Shown: positions 41,216 to 55,848 of the stretch, in pieces
How the letters are laid out: every line of letters begins with the position of its first letter
Numbering within the stretch: position 1 is the first letter of the stretch
Assembly: GCF_009914755.1 (NCBI RefSeq)
Contig: NC_060929.1
Direction: 5' to 3' (one strand)
DNA: 64,000 nt
Source: the human T2T-CHM13v2.0 reference genome, Homo sapiens
Position numbers and translations under genes: made by a program
The notes under the pieces: model-generated
Told to the model about the DNA's origin: nothing
Database searches by the model: none
The model's input: the letters and a program-made list of their open reading frames with translations, nothing else

Positions 41216-42272
41216 TAAAATACTCTCATCATCTTAGTTAGAATTGAATAACAGTGCTTTCAAAATATGTATGGGGAAGCACACACCAAATTTTAAAACT
41301 CAGCTTCAAGATGACACTGCATGGAACCATTTCTCCCCAGCAATGGCTTTGTAAATAAATGTTTCCAAATAGAAGACAGAAGAATAATGTTCTTATGTAT
41401 GCCCATTCTCAAATCAAGAAGAGCTGAGCCATTTACTACAATTTCTATAAATATAAACTTTACAATTAACCTTAACTTTAAAAAAGTAATATCTGAAGTC
41501 TACAACTCTGGTTTGTCTAGATCAGTGTTTTTCCCAATACTTCAAATAAATTATTCAGAAAATGTGAAAACAAATCTAATGAATTTCTGACAGGACATTT
41601 TCTACGTCTAAGGGATTTTTCCCTTAGATGTAGACATATAAAATGGGGGATGATTTTCCACACATAAAAGTATACCCCTTCAAGTTTTACTAAGTGGTAT
41701 CACAAAACAGTCCCGACATCCATATGCAGGCTAGATAAAAGGCCATAGATTCACTTAGGAGAGAAAATAATCATTTAAGGCAATTTGCAAGAGTAGAGAG
41801 AACTGAGGCATATTCCCTTATCCACTTTCAGCCAAGTAAAATGAGCAGCAAGTGAATTCCTTGGAGAGACTATAACAGTGATTTTGAAATAGGATTCGTT
41901 TCCAGACAGGAGACCAAAAATTTGTTTCTAGATGGATAGTTGCTAATCTGTAAAACAGATATGGCTTTACTATAATATTATCACTGAGCACTATGGAAGA
42001 ATATTTGCAAAATTTGACATAGTGCTCTGGAGTTATAGTAGGACATAATGATTTGGACTTGACCGTCCCCTGAATTCTCAAGTAGAGCAGTTGTTTGTAG
42101 CTGCTAATGGATTAGGACAAGGAAAGGGGAGAATAATGAGTGTGGTCTGTGCCTCCAGTTTGTTGGAACAACATTGCAGGAATCCCAATGGCTTTATGCT
42201 TTCTGACATTTGGATTTACTTTAAAGAGATTTGTCCCAGGATATCTGCCTTCCAGCTGCAGCTATTTTAGTT

Positions 42273-42648
42273 CAGCAGTCCCAAACTATTTTGGAACCAG
42301 GGACTGGTTTAGTGGGAGATAATTTTTCCACAGATGCGGGGCAGAAGGGGAATGATTTGTGGATAAAACTGCACCACTTCATATCATCAGGCATTAGTTA
42401 GATTCTCATGAGTACACAACCTGGATCCTCACATGCGTGGTTCACAATAAGGTTCATGCTCTTAAGATAATTTAATGCCAGACTCCGTCTCAAAAAAAAA
42501 AAAAAAAAAAAAAAAAAGATAATTTAATGCCATGGCTGATCTGACCAGAGGCAGAACTCAGCCCACCACCCACCTCCTATTGTGCAGCCTGGTTCCCTAC
42601 AGGCAATGAGCAGGTACAGGTCTGGGGCCTCAGGGTTGGGGACCCCTG
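42273..42648. mobile_element. MER1B-like hAT-Charlie element
   Basis: cagcagtcccaaactattttggaaccagggactggttt...gggttggggacccctg terminal inverted repeats. Confidence 0.85.
42481..42515 (+). mobile_element. Extremely 5'-truncated Alu (11 nt plus poly(A))
   Basis: gactccgtctc followed by pure A; perfect 17-bp TSD aagataatttaatgcca (42464-42480, 42516-42532). Confidence 0.88.
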
Positions 42649-42964
42649 TTCTAATAGAAATGCTGAAGTGCTAGTGGTTAGGAATATAGGAGGCCATATG
42701 AGAAGTTATTTAAATAGAGCATTACTTACAACAGGTAATAAGTTCAGTGCAGCAGCCCTCAAAGAAAGCATTTCAAAAAATAAGCAAAAGAGTTTCATGC
42801 AAGAGATAGACAAAATTTGGTCATATAACATACAGTGCCAAATTACATCAGCTCCAAACAAAGAGGAATTTAATTCACCCTGACTCTAGGTGACTCTACC
42901 CCGATCCCTTTCTGGAGGTGCCAGAAACAGCAGAGCAAATGGGGAAGTAAGAATAATAAGAACA

Positions 42965-43274
<310 letters not shown>

Positions 43275-44148
43275 AAGAATAATAAGAACAAAAAGAACAG
43301 ATCATGGTCCCTCTCCCACTGCTGTTATGAAAATTCTAACGGTGGCCTGAGTTGCTAAGCGTGGTAAGTTTGAATTGAATGAGAGGTTAATATTTTGATT
43401 CAAATTTATTAGCACTTTATAATAACTGAAATAAAACTGTTCTAATAGACAAAAATAAACAGAAAACTTTGGGAACATGCTTAAGATGTTGAGAAATAAT
43501 AGGGAAGAGAAATTTTGGAAAATGGGTTTGAAGTATATAGAGGAAACAAACAAAGCTATTTCCATATTGTATCCTACTGAGAGTAGCATAATAGATATTT
43601 CCTGATCACTCAGGCTGTAACACGATTTTAAATTATTAATCTGAATGAGGTGATTCCAGTCCCATCCACAAACCAGAGCTAGTCACTGATAACATTTTGC
43701 TTGTCCATCAGAGTATAATAAAAATAAGAAAAATGTAGCAAGTATATTTGATTTAATTCATTCAATTTCATGACAATCCTTTATTGTAAGATTGTGTACT
43801 TTCTACTTTACATTTAAATATTCTGCATGCTAAAAAAAATGAGAAGATATAGTGGCAGTATTTTGCTTTTATTATATATCCTTCCTTGAAAAAAATTAAA
43901 GATTGCCAACCTTATGTCTACATCCATATTATTTCTTAGCATCCATAGACTGCATTGATATAGGATATGCTATTTAATCTGAAATTATCTAGGTAATTTT
44001 TTTTTGTATTCGACTTCACTGACTTAAAAACAACTTGAAAAAATTTGGTTTCGTATTTGTCAAAAAGGAGGCATACATCTATTTAGGGATATATGTGGTA
44101 TAATAAAAAGTTAACGTCTAAAGATGAACCTGAGGTTTTTAATCTCAC

Positions 44149-44221
44149 CTTGAGTAGAACTCTTCTACACTGAATTGATTCTCCTGTTTCATTACACTGC
44201 CTAATATTACTTTCTTTACCT
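44149..44221 (-). other. Candidate 73-nt exon
   Basis: Acceptor tgcttcttcag and donor caag|gtgaga; purine-rich body; two open frames. Confidence 0.35.
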
Positions 44222-44964
44222 CTGAAGAAGCAACTGAAGTGGACAGTATATTGTACCTTATTTGGAGTGGTCACTCCAGAAAATAACATTTTGCATTATG
44301 GAAAAATTCTCATTGAAAATGCACACATCTTTGTCCTAGTGCCCACTGCATTTTGTCATTATTTCCCAGGTCTAAAGATTTTTTATTCTTTGAATGTGCA
44401 GAGCTATTCAAGCCATGCAGCCAATCACTGGAGAATAAGAAAACAAAATCATACAGAGTTGAATGAGTCATTTTCAATAATAAACTCCAAATAGCTCCTT
44501 TCTTTATTTTGTTTCTACCGCAATTTACTTCACAATACTGTGATTTTTTGCCAAAATATCTTCTTGGGTTGTGCTATGAAGAAGGTGAGGGGACATAAAA
44601 AGCAATTTTGAATTGAATTAAATTCTGCAAAAGGATACTCTTTATTCAAATTCTGTCTTATGAGTACATTATGTTCCCTGCTATGTTTCATGTATTTTCC
44701 TAAATGAGAATTCTTTCTCCACCATCCCCATTACCTGTACAAACAATAATGAAATGTTGTCCCTTCTTCAATGGTCAGCTCAAAATACCTACCAGAAAAG
44801 CTTTTACTGGTCAGTCTAGTGTTCACTGACCTCCTTCTTCCATATAATTCCACTGCATAACCTGTCATATAAAGATCTGTACTTAATCATTTATTGTTGT
44901 GTATTTTGAGGTTATTATCACAAGGGATCTAAGACTTATACTTTACTTAACCTCATTAACACAC

Positions 44965-45200
44965 TTCAGAGTATGGATTAGAACATAGGTTTTAAATTCA
45001 GTCGGCCTCCATTAGGGACTCTGCCACCACATGTTGGACAAGTGACTCAACCTTTCTCTCTTCGATTTTTCTAAAAATTAAAGTGGGGATAAACTTGGTT
45101 TTTATTTCATATGTTAGTGAGAGATTTAAATGTGGTAACTTGTATTTAATAGAGAGCTTGGCAAATAGGAAGCAACAATAAATGCTTGTTGCTGCTGCTG
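44965..45200 (+). mobile_element. MIR SINE
   Basis: ttggacaagtgactcaacctttctctc...aaagtggggataa...gcttggcaaatagg...aataaatgcttgttgct. Confidence 0.75.
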
Positions 45201-45266
45201 TGGTTGTCAAATAGTTTCCATGTAGTTAATCTAAATAATATTAATCCTTTGCTAGAAACTTAATAG

Positions 45267-45595
<329 letters not shown>

Positions 45596-46779
45596 GAAAA
45601 CTTTATTCTTTAATTTATGCAATCTCTGTTTCCCTATCAGAACTACTAACATTTTTACATAGCCATATCTTTGAAACTAGAGGTGAATCTTCATTAATGT
45701 AGCCCTGTTAGTACAGAGCTCTGTGGACTTTCTTCACTCCTTCAAAAATTTTTATAAAATCATATTTTAAATTTTTATGTGGTTACATATTTTAAATCTA
45801 CATGTGTGCTTTTTCAATAATATGAACTCACTAACAATAGGTACTAGAAGACCATGTTGACTGTGCTGGCTTAATTAACAAATTTCAAAAATGTTTACAT
45901 AAGAGCTGTAATGCCAAATCTTAAAAAGAAAATGATAGTCAATACATAATTGAATTTTAACATTTGTATAGCCTACTCAGTCTTAGGATGCAAACACCCA
46001 TCTTCTGCTATTTTTTCTATCAGCATTTATTTATCTTTTTAACAGTAAGATGAACTCTTAAATAAATAATTGTAATTAATAGGATTTTTAGGCAGCATTT
46101 TTAAATAAAAAGGTGTTAAAATTGTACATTCGGAACAATAAGAAATAGCTAAAGCAGCTCATGTTAAACAGAAACATTAGCTCTCAAGGGCAAAAGAGGT
46201 TTTTTTTTTAAGGATTCATAGTCCTAGAGATGGAGAACACAAACAAAACAAGAAAATCCGGTCTCATTTTCTCAGCAAGATAAGTTCTACCTGGTGCTCA
46301 GAGACTCTCTTTTATCTGGCTTCCTTGCATGTCTTTCTTCTTCTCCAATTTGTTTGATCACCCTTTCAAATAGTTTTTCTCATCCTAACAGGGATAATGC
46401 AACCAACTTTTCTGAAGCTCAAACTCCTGCTCTGAAATAAGAATAAAAGAAAACATGTATACACATTTCTTTCTTTCTCTTTTTGTGCATGTGGATTAAA
46501 AGAACAGAAGGCTTATAGTGTGGGAGATATTTTCCCCTATCATCATTTGCCACATGAGGTCTGCTAGATGGCTTCCAGGATGAGCGTGGCACCCACTGGC
46601 CCTGACACAATGCAGTCATCCTTCTTCTGCAGCACACTCCTCCTAAGTCCCATGAAACTGCCAAGCACCTACTGTCAGGGGCAGATGCTCCTAAGGTTAG
46701 AAAACATAAGGCTAAAGTATAAACTGGCTCGTCCTGTCTTCCTTAGAGGAAGTGCATTTCTTATTTATTTTATTTTCAG

Positions 46780-46822
46780 AAACAGAACAGATCCAGTGAA
46801 TACATAATAAGCAATCTAGTCG
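46780..46822 (+). other. Candidate 43-nt plus-strand exon
   Basis: ttatttattttattttcag| ... gtcg|gtaagt; near-consensus splice sites. Confidence 0.3.
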
Positions 46823-47290
46823 GTAAGTATAAGGGCACATGAAGTCCAATTTTAAAGATAAAGTCACCAATTGATTTCATTGCAACATCTGTAGAAATGA
46901 TTCCCAATTATTACCTTGTGTTTCTACATAGTTTTAAATATTCACAGACAGATGATTTTTATTATTCCAATGGTAAGTGTTTTCTATTGTCACATTTTTA
47001 AGGGAGAAAACACACACACAGAGAATGGGAAATATCAGCAGCATAATATGGCCTTTTATAATAAATCTGTTCACGTATTATCAGCTTCAAACTTTAAATC
47101 TTTTTCATTATCTGTGGACATAGGAAAGTGTGACTTTAAAAACCCTTCCTATTTTAATGACTCATAAGAAAACAGGAACATAAGCACTCCACTGATATTA
47201 AAAACAAAAAGGAATAAAAAACATTGAAGAAGCCTTTTGTACTACTGCAAACAAAAGCTTTCTGTGAAGTGAAAAACAACAGAAATGTAC

Positions 47291-47377
47291 CTGATAAAAA
47301 CCATCATCATAAGCATACGGCTCCCACTCCTCTTGAGGATATGGTAACTGCCAGCGCAAAAACTTCATCCAGCAAAC
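47291..47377 (-). CDS. Candidate 87-nt phase-0/0 exon, VCWMKFLRWQLPYPQEEWEPYAYDDGFYQ; gene not recognised
   Basis: Acceptor ttgtttttag and donor cag|gtacat; only one open frame; higher GC and retained CpGs inside AT-rich DNA. Confidence 0.4.
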
Positions 47378-48079
47378 CTAAAAACAATTTACCTTAACCT
47401 CTAGCATGGTTAGTGATAAAAACTCTGAAATAAATATTGAAGACATTAATTAAACCATAGACACTAAACTAGTTGTGAAAATGATGTATAATTTAACACT
47501 TACATTAAAAATATAGCATAGGTACAATTTAATTTCCTCAATAACAAAAGTTTTCACATACATCTGACATTGCAGTACCAGTAAATCCTCCCAACCTACA
47601 AGCCACACCCACAGATCACATACACTTTTTATTTTAATAGACTAATTCAGATATATTACACAAATCCTCTATTTCATACAGATACCAATGCCAAGCTAAA
47701 AATACAAATAGTACTTGCATTTGAAGAGCACAGATGTCTTTAATGAATATTTTTGCCAGAAAACATGAAATTAAATCTGAACAGAAGCCTAAAATCATAA
47801 ATATCAGCTGAATAACACAAACTGTACATTATCAAATTTTAGTATACTGAGCTTTTATTGTTATTTCTTCTCTTTTTTGCATTTTGGAAGCAGAGCTCTT
47901 ACTGTGAATATTCATTCATTAAAAACTTTTCTGGACTATTATATGTCCTCTTTGAATCATGCCAGAAAATGCAGTTTTAATTCAGATTTCTTCTTATTCA
48001 GGCTCAAAGTAAATGTGATGTCTACAAATGTGATGGCCATGAGTGAGCCAGCCATCAGAACTAAATGCTGTTCCAGCAA

Positions 48080-48780
48080 TATTCATTTATTCACCAAACT
48101 TTAAAAAAGCACCTACTGTATGCCAGGTTGCATGTCTATGCAGTCATGGCACAGAAATAAATGCACCACTCTTCAATCCTTAAGGAAACACAGACTAGTG
48201 GAGGCACTAGACATGTTAAGAGATAATTATAATATAGTAATGCTACTATAGAGAGGCACATGTTTGCAAAGATGACTCAAAGAAGGTGCAGCAAATCAGT
48301 GGAGGAGACAGTTAAACTGGGCATCAGTGCGTAATCAAAATATTACCAGACAAATAAAAGTGCCCTAGGCACAGGGATCAACAAATATAAAAGATGTGAC
48401 ACACTTGTACATCTTAAGAAACTGCCAGAAATGTGCTATGTCAGGGATGTAGCAGGAGAGGTGAGAAGATAGATATTTAGAAAAGCAGAAGTAGATAAGG
48501 TCCAGATCGTGGAGATTATAAAGAAAGCAAAGAATAATAAAGAAGTGTCCATGTTTTACAGGCACCAAAAGGAGTGGCAAAATCAGATGCAGAGAGGGGA
48601 CATAATCAGATGATCTCATCGGCTTTTTAGAAAGATTTTTTAGAGGAGATATTTTTAGTAGAGAAGGACAAGGGAGCCATTTGGGAAATCATTGTGATAA
48701 TGCATGTGCAAGATGTGCAATGTTTAAAGTAGGAAAGTTAGAGCTGATATCGAAGGTGGCAATGAATTCAAGACACACTG
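48080..48780 (-). mobile_element. L2 3' region
   Basis: attcatttattcaccaaac...gcacctactgtatgccagg..., followed by an antisense L2 body. Confidence 0.7.
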
Positions 48781-48988
48781 GCCTGATCTAAACTTAACCT
48801 TATTTATAAACCCAGGTCTTTAATTAAATAGAATAAGATTTTAGGATATGCTAATTCATAGAGTATCCTAAAAACTTTAGATGTATGACCTTGAGTAAAG
48901 TAAGGGTAAAACAAACAAAAACACTTCCTGATAATTCATATATTCAATATTTTAACTATAAAGTGATCTATTGTCTCATGAAGTTTGT

Positions 48989-49068
48989 GAAGGCTATAGT
49001 GCAAGCTAAAATTAGGAGAATAATATGTGCAGAAGGCTTATAGTGCAAGCTAAAATTAGGAGAGTAAT
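48989..49068. repeat. ~36-bp tandem duplication, period 43
   Basis: gaaggct(t)atagtgcaagctaaaattaggaga(a/g)taat twice. Confidence 0.9.
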
Positions 49069-49691
49069 GTAGTATTGATCCTACGGCAATTTTTATTAAG
49101 TTCCTTGAATAGTAATAACAGAATTATAAATAAAAATCTCTTGGGTACATGTAGTAAGATAACCTCGGTTTGGTAAACTCTCTTGTCAATTTGTTAGTAG
49201 TGAAGAGAAGAATACAATGCAGACATAAAAAATATTATTTTTGCAAGTCATTTAAAGTAATAATGATGATTAATCTGCATTTCGGAAAGTGTTAGTCTTT
49301 GAGCAAATGTTTTGATAAAGAGCAAAAAAGGTACTATAAATACTTAGCCTGTGTATTGTGTGAGAAATACATGTTGCATATCAATTTGAAAATCATCTTA
49401 TATTTATAAGAATGTCAACCTTTGAAATGTTTATATTTTGGTAATTGTTTTAGTGGCTGAGCTGCTTGAAGTTTTTATATCTGCAGACATTTTTAAATCC
49501 TGTACTGTTATATTAAACAATTGCATTTTAATTTTTAAATAATTAATTAAAATATTCTTCTCCCATTTCTACTGCTACCATCACCACCATCAGCACCATC
49601 ATGTTTCTCTTACAGTGGTAAGAATGCTGTTGATGTTTTGAGGTAGGCAGTTGAGTCTGATTAAAAGTACTAGAGGTGATCCTAAATTACC

Positions 49692-49990
49692 TTTTTTTGT
49701 TTGTTTGTTTTTTGGACAGTTTCATTCTTGTTGCTCAGGCTGGAGTGCAATGGCACATCTCAGCTCACTGCAACTTTTGCCTCCCAGGTTCAAGCGATTC
49801 TTCTGCCTCAGCCTCCCAAGTAGCTGGGATTACACGTTCCCACCACCATGCTCGGCTAATTTTTGTATTTTTAGTAGAGACGGGTTTTGTCATGTTGACC
49901 AGGCTGGTCTCCAACTCCTGACCTCAGGTGATCCACCCGCCTCGGCCTCCCAAAATGCTGGGATTACAGGCGTAAGCCACCATGCCTGGC
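49692..49990 (-). mobile_element. AluSq/Sp-like
   Basis: gtttcattcttgttgctcaggctggagtgcaatgg. Confidence 0.92.
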
Positions 49991-52792
49991 AACAAAATTA
50001 TCTCTTAAATGCAATTCATAAGGTCAAATTTTGAGCTTTTTCAATTAAATTAGCATGTAAGTGAATATTTCATAAGTTAGACAGCATATCCTTTACTTTA
50101 GTTAACATGCAGACTATATTACTAAATAATCACATGCATTTAGTTTTTAAAGAAATACATTTGGCAGTTTTCTGAAATAATATCAAGGCTTTGTGAAAGT
50201 TCTGGCATGTGTCCTCTACATACTTAATCTGTCCCAGTACACAAGAACTAATAATCAGCTTTCAATCTTCATACAGTTGTACAGAGTGGTCAATTTTTAG
50301 GTTTTTCTAATGTGACAAAATGGAGATTCCCATCCCCTTTATAGCAAGGTATAAATATAAGGGATATAAGATAAAATTTGTAGTTGGTGTCATGTGTCAT
50401 CTACTGCAAATTACTAAAAAGCATTTGCCTCTAATGTGGAGACCTATGTAGTGAGACTCTTCTAATCAAAGCATCAGCTCATTCTCAGTACAATGATACC
50501 AGGATTGATTTTCACAAAGAACAAGTAAAAACTATGTTAATAAAATGAATATATTTACATTTTTGTAACTCAACCAGTCTTATTCTCGAAGAATAGTAAT
50601 CTGTTTAAAGCGAATGTTTGTTTGCCCTTGGAGAAAGAGGAAAACAGTTTGTTATATCAGCATTTTCAAGATGGAAAGAGAGAGGAGGTTCTTTGTCTTG
50701 GGAAAAGGAGGAAAGTTTCCTGAGAAAGACTAGTGGAGCATAAGAGGGCTGCTGGGAATAGAACAAGACAAATTAAAGAGATTAGAATGGTTAGAATCAA
50801 ATGGTAGCAGTAGTCACATGGAGCAACCCTCAAAAGTAGGAACCCTGAGGCTTTCTGCCTGCTCTTCTCTGCCCCTATATTTCTTACAAGGAAACATATT
50901 TGTTGGTTAAAGTTTCAGTTCTCATTCTACCTACTCTTAATACTTTAGGTTGCTTGTTGCCCATTTAATAAAGAACTTTCTGATTTTAAAGAAGGAAAGA
51001 ACCAAAATGAATGGAGCCCAAGACACAAAATGACAATCTGAAGGGGAGCTGCTCAACTAGGAATATCTGTGATTGGTAATTACTTAGGCAAATAAAATAA
51101 AATTGTATTATGTTAGGTTTCTTATGCGATAGATTGTTATGGCAATTAGCCTACTTTGACAAAAACAGTGGTTAAAATTATATATATTTAAATTGTATGT
51201 ATATAAATATATATTGTATATAATATATATCAGATGGAATATATAGATTTTTTAAAAACACAGTTAATCTTCTAATTAATAGCATTCATGTTGGCTTCCA
51301 ATGAATCTGTTTACTTCCTACTGACCTAACATTGATGTTATCTTGTAGACTGCTAAAGTGAAAAAACGAATACTGCCCATCGTTGAAGCTTTTTATGTTA
51401 AGTCACAAAACTCAGGATTCTAGAAAAACACTAAAACAAAATGGTAATACCTTCAACTATTTTTTACCAAACATAGGGTTGGCGATGATGAAATAAACCA
51501 TTTCAAAAATCTTGGAAAGCACGTGCCTTTATTTATTCTATTTTAATGCCTGATTGTAGAATACCAAGAGCTATTATATAATTTATCTGTATAAGTACTG
51601 CTTTACCTTTGCTTGTTTATTTTTTAAATTATTTTTGAGAATCATTTGAAGTGCACAAGGAGAAGTTGATGCCAAATACCAAAATTGCATAATTTTCAAA
51701 GCTAGAAAGTTGTCTTGCCTCCCAAAACCAGGGACTTGAAAAAACACTGTTGTATCCTTGAAGCACAGCTGCTGAATGATACATGGACATATTTGATGTA
51801 TTCTTAGGCATTTGTTTGTTTCAGTTTTATATTGACTTTATAATCAAAGCAGTTTGACTTAAAAATTTAAAGTATACATGTAATTTAGCAAAACTGAGTT
51901 GTTGTATTTCATTTTTATAGAATCCATATTGCAGCACAAGTTGTAACAAAGTTTAAGAGAATCTGTTCATAAGCTTTACCACAGATCTGAGAAATAAATG
52001 TTGCAATTATTTTCTGTTGGGGTATGTAATATTGTTCACCCCCCTTGGGTTTATTCATTCCTGATTGCTGCTCAACTGTCATAAGTCTCTTGAAAGAGGA
52101 AATAGTGAGTTACTCCTTGTGAGCAATTACCAGTCACATCTGAGAAAGCAAATTTTAGAAATCAAACTCACTTGTAACGTATTTCTAACTTTGCATTAAT
52201 GCAAATTTGTTTATACAAATAACACATCAATTATGTTGTTTTCCAAATCCATAGAATTACACTAAATCTTTTAAAACATCAAAGATGCACAAAGAAAAAG
52301 GAAATAGGAAATTGAAAGGGTATAATTTGTTTAAGAAAAATTCAATTGCTGAACCCCAAGGAGTATCCATACCCATAATTTATGTCTTATCTTTGATCCT
52401 CAATTTCTATCTGTAGGAATCTCATCATGGTAAAATTATATTTTTCTAACTTCAGAAAATGTTGCATTTTGCTTATGTATCTGTTTATTTATATTTTCAA
52501 AAATAATTTTAGCTTTACAAAATGAAAAAGCAGATATAAAAGGGATCAAAATACCTGAAAATACTACTGACAAGAGTGTAATGCAGGCATTGAGAAACAT
52601 TTTATTTATATTTTGGCCAAGTGTTGAAAACGAAATCTGAGTAACTTTCGAAGCTGAGTGTGATAGGACGCAGAGAAGTGCTGAGTGTAATGGAAATGCT
52701 GGGGGTGGTCAGCAATGGGAAAGGAAGCCCCTGTCCTTGAGGCTGAGTCGGAGGACAATGCACTCTCTTACTTGTCCTGACTGCGCCACTAA

Positions 52793-53177
<385 letters not shown>

Positions 53178-53364
53178 TCACACAACTTTTTGCTACACAT
53201 GTAATGCATCCACAGGGGCCATCTCTCCCTGAAAGAGAACACTTTTCAACTTTCAGAAATGGGGCATAATCATAAGAAGAGGCAGTGAGACTAGTTAAGT
53301 GATGCTAGAACAATTCCCGTTTTAAAAGTCTAGGATTGGCACGTGCACAGTGTGAGGGTGATGG

Positions 53365-53560
53365 GCTGTGCAGCCAAAATGTGAAGAGCGCTGAAATTGT
53401 TTACTAGATACGGGTTCTAGTTTCAGTGCTACCACTCACTAGCCATTCTGGACATGAGCCTCTGCATCTACAACACAGAGATGCTGCCCTTTTACCAGGC
53501 ACAAGGGTGGTTGTGCACCTAAAATGGGGTGATGTTATCACTTCATAATGTGGAAAGTAC
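53365..53560 (+). mobile_element. MIR SINE, degenerate
   Basis: gggttctagtttcagtgctaccactcactagc...catctacaa...agggtggttgtg. Confidence 0.55.
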
Positions 53561-55237
53561 AAGAGACATGTGGACAGATTGTAATGGGTGTTACCATAGA
53601 AGAGGAAAGCATGGTGAACTTGGAAGGGTAAAAGTAGACTTTTCTTGGCAATGCAATATTTATACCAAGGTAATTTTTAAAAGGGGGTGAGGACTGAAAA
53701 AACAAAGCTTTTGCTTCATGCATCTCGCAAGCCTCATATTGCCAATTTTGTGACTGTGTCTAAAGAATTCTTGATGGTGAAAAAGGCTTAGGCTAAATGA
53801 GAAGGTCTTATAATTTTTAAGACTCAGCATCCATACATTAAATTTACATATTCAAGACAGAGAAAAAGGCAGAGCGAGAGAGAGAGAGAGAATAGCAGAG
53901 AACAACTTAAACCATACGTGAGACTTAGCCAACCGGAAAATATGGAAGGTTTGTTTTCAACAAGCCTTTTGTACTTTAATCCCTAAACCATTATCTCAAG
54001 ATATCAATAACTCACACAATTTTATTTCATAATTCATACTTAAAGTAGAGATATTTTTAAACAACTCAACACCATTTTAAACACACCTACAATACTCTGC
54101 ACCTAAAAACCATTGTTAATGAAGCTACTTTTTTTCTTCTAATTGACTGTTCAATTGGCCTCTTTGATTAGAACATAGTACAGCCAGGTTTAGCCATATT
54201 GTGGTTTTGATCCAATAGCTGCCTATCTAGAAAACATAAAACAAGGCAACTAGAATTTTAATTGGGTATATATTGACAAATTATGTTACATGAGAGAAGT
54301 TCTAAAGTTGCCATGGTAAGAAAAATACAGTTATGAGGAAAATAATGTTCCTCATAACTATATTGTTGTTCAACAGCAGTAACATTAAGCATGTGCCAGT
54401 ATTATATTACTGTGCCTCTGAATCAGTCTGGTATAGACAGTCATTTACCATTCCTCATTATCTGTTCTTACAAATTAAATGCCTAGAGGCCATGAAGCAG
54501 AAGAGCAGAAGAGAGTGGGACAAAGTCACAAATTTATAGTGACTCTCCTAACCTTTAAGTCAGTGTTTTATTAAAAGCTCTGTAGGATGTGCTTATAGAA
54601 TATGCAAAAAGCATTTAGGATCTTTTTAAAGCAAAAAAGCATGCATATTTTCAAGGCATAAACAATATTCAAGCAACCCAACTTTAAATGAGAACATGCC
54701 CATGCATAACATAGCTACAGTAGTACATCATAAAAATAATTTATGTGACAACAAGTTATTTTATGTTTTAATTTTCCCCATTTAAATGCTGACTGTTTCC
54801 CTAAATCACAGCTGTTAGCACCAATTCTAAAGACCACTGTAAGCATGTTCACTGGCTTCGTTATCTTACATGAAAAATGTAAATTCCCACTGGTTTAGAA
54901 GATATTTTTGTAGGAATGAAATAGAAATTTGGTAACAGAACTACTAAGTAAGTTACCCAAGCATGGCCATGTGCCTGAGATTGCTCATTCTTAACCTTAT
55001 CCCACATTCATGATCACTTCTCAGTAGACTACTCTAAATCCCAACCACCAAAATTGTGTTTCAAACACCTCCATAGACACCAAATCATAAATAAGTACAT
55101 AAGTAAGTAAATTGTAAGCACCAAGCCTTGATGATATCTAAGTTTCTTCATTGTCTTTGGTCATATATTACTTATAATTCCTACAGAAGACTCTGAAATA
55201 TTATAGGCACTTTGCTCAAGTCTCCCATGTAAGTGGA

Positions 55238-55350
55238 TCAACATAGTTTATCAGTCATGGTTCTTGGTTCTGATATGGTTCTTTTGTGCAGAGATTTCCA
55301 CATCACTGATTCAACCATCAAAAGAGTTTGGAATTTCAAATATTCCGGTC
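55238..55350 (-). other. Candidate terminal coding exon
   Basis: Acceptor ttatctcttttttatgaag, then (x)PEYLKFQTLLMVESVMWKSLHKRTISEPRTMTDKLC*; minus-strand AATAAA near 54570. Confidence 0.25.
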
Positions 55351-55848
55351 CTTCATAAAAAAGAGATAAGCCGTGTTCCACAGAAAGTTTGTTTTTGAGA
55401 AATCGTTATCTGCCACTCTCTCAAATAAAGATATCACGATTTAATTTTTATAAGGGCCATGAATACAGGATTTAAATAAATTCATAAACTGTTCTCAATC
55501 TATATGCTATTAATCCAAGAAAGTTAGCCTATGCAAAAAAACAAAAACAAAAAATCTGAAATAGGAGGGTGTTTTGTTGGTTATTCATTTTTTTTAAAAT
55601 TTTAGTTTCATATTTGCTTGTTTTTTAACAAATAATTAGAATGTGATTTTTTCTTGTCCACAGACTGACAGGATGAAGCTAGCACAGACATTCTCTCTAC
55701 ATAATAGTATACATATCAATTTCAAGCAAATAAACAAACCAATGATTCCCTCAAGTATCAAATCTACCTTGAAGGATAACAGTCATGCAGGGATCAGGGC
55801 ATCTGAATATATAGATGTCTATTCAATGATCTTCTCTTCTATGAAATA

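Noticed and set aside
50590-51170. Possible old MaLR LTR
   Set aside because: Only the 3' end is faintly MLT1-like; too degenerate to support.
52172-52184. 13-nt microexon-like segment (ttag|aaatacgttacaa|gtgagt, minus strand)
   Set aside because: The acceptor lacks a polypyrimidine tract (gcaaagttag); probably chance.
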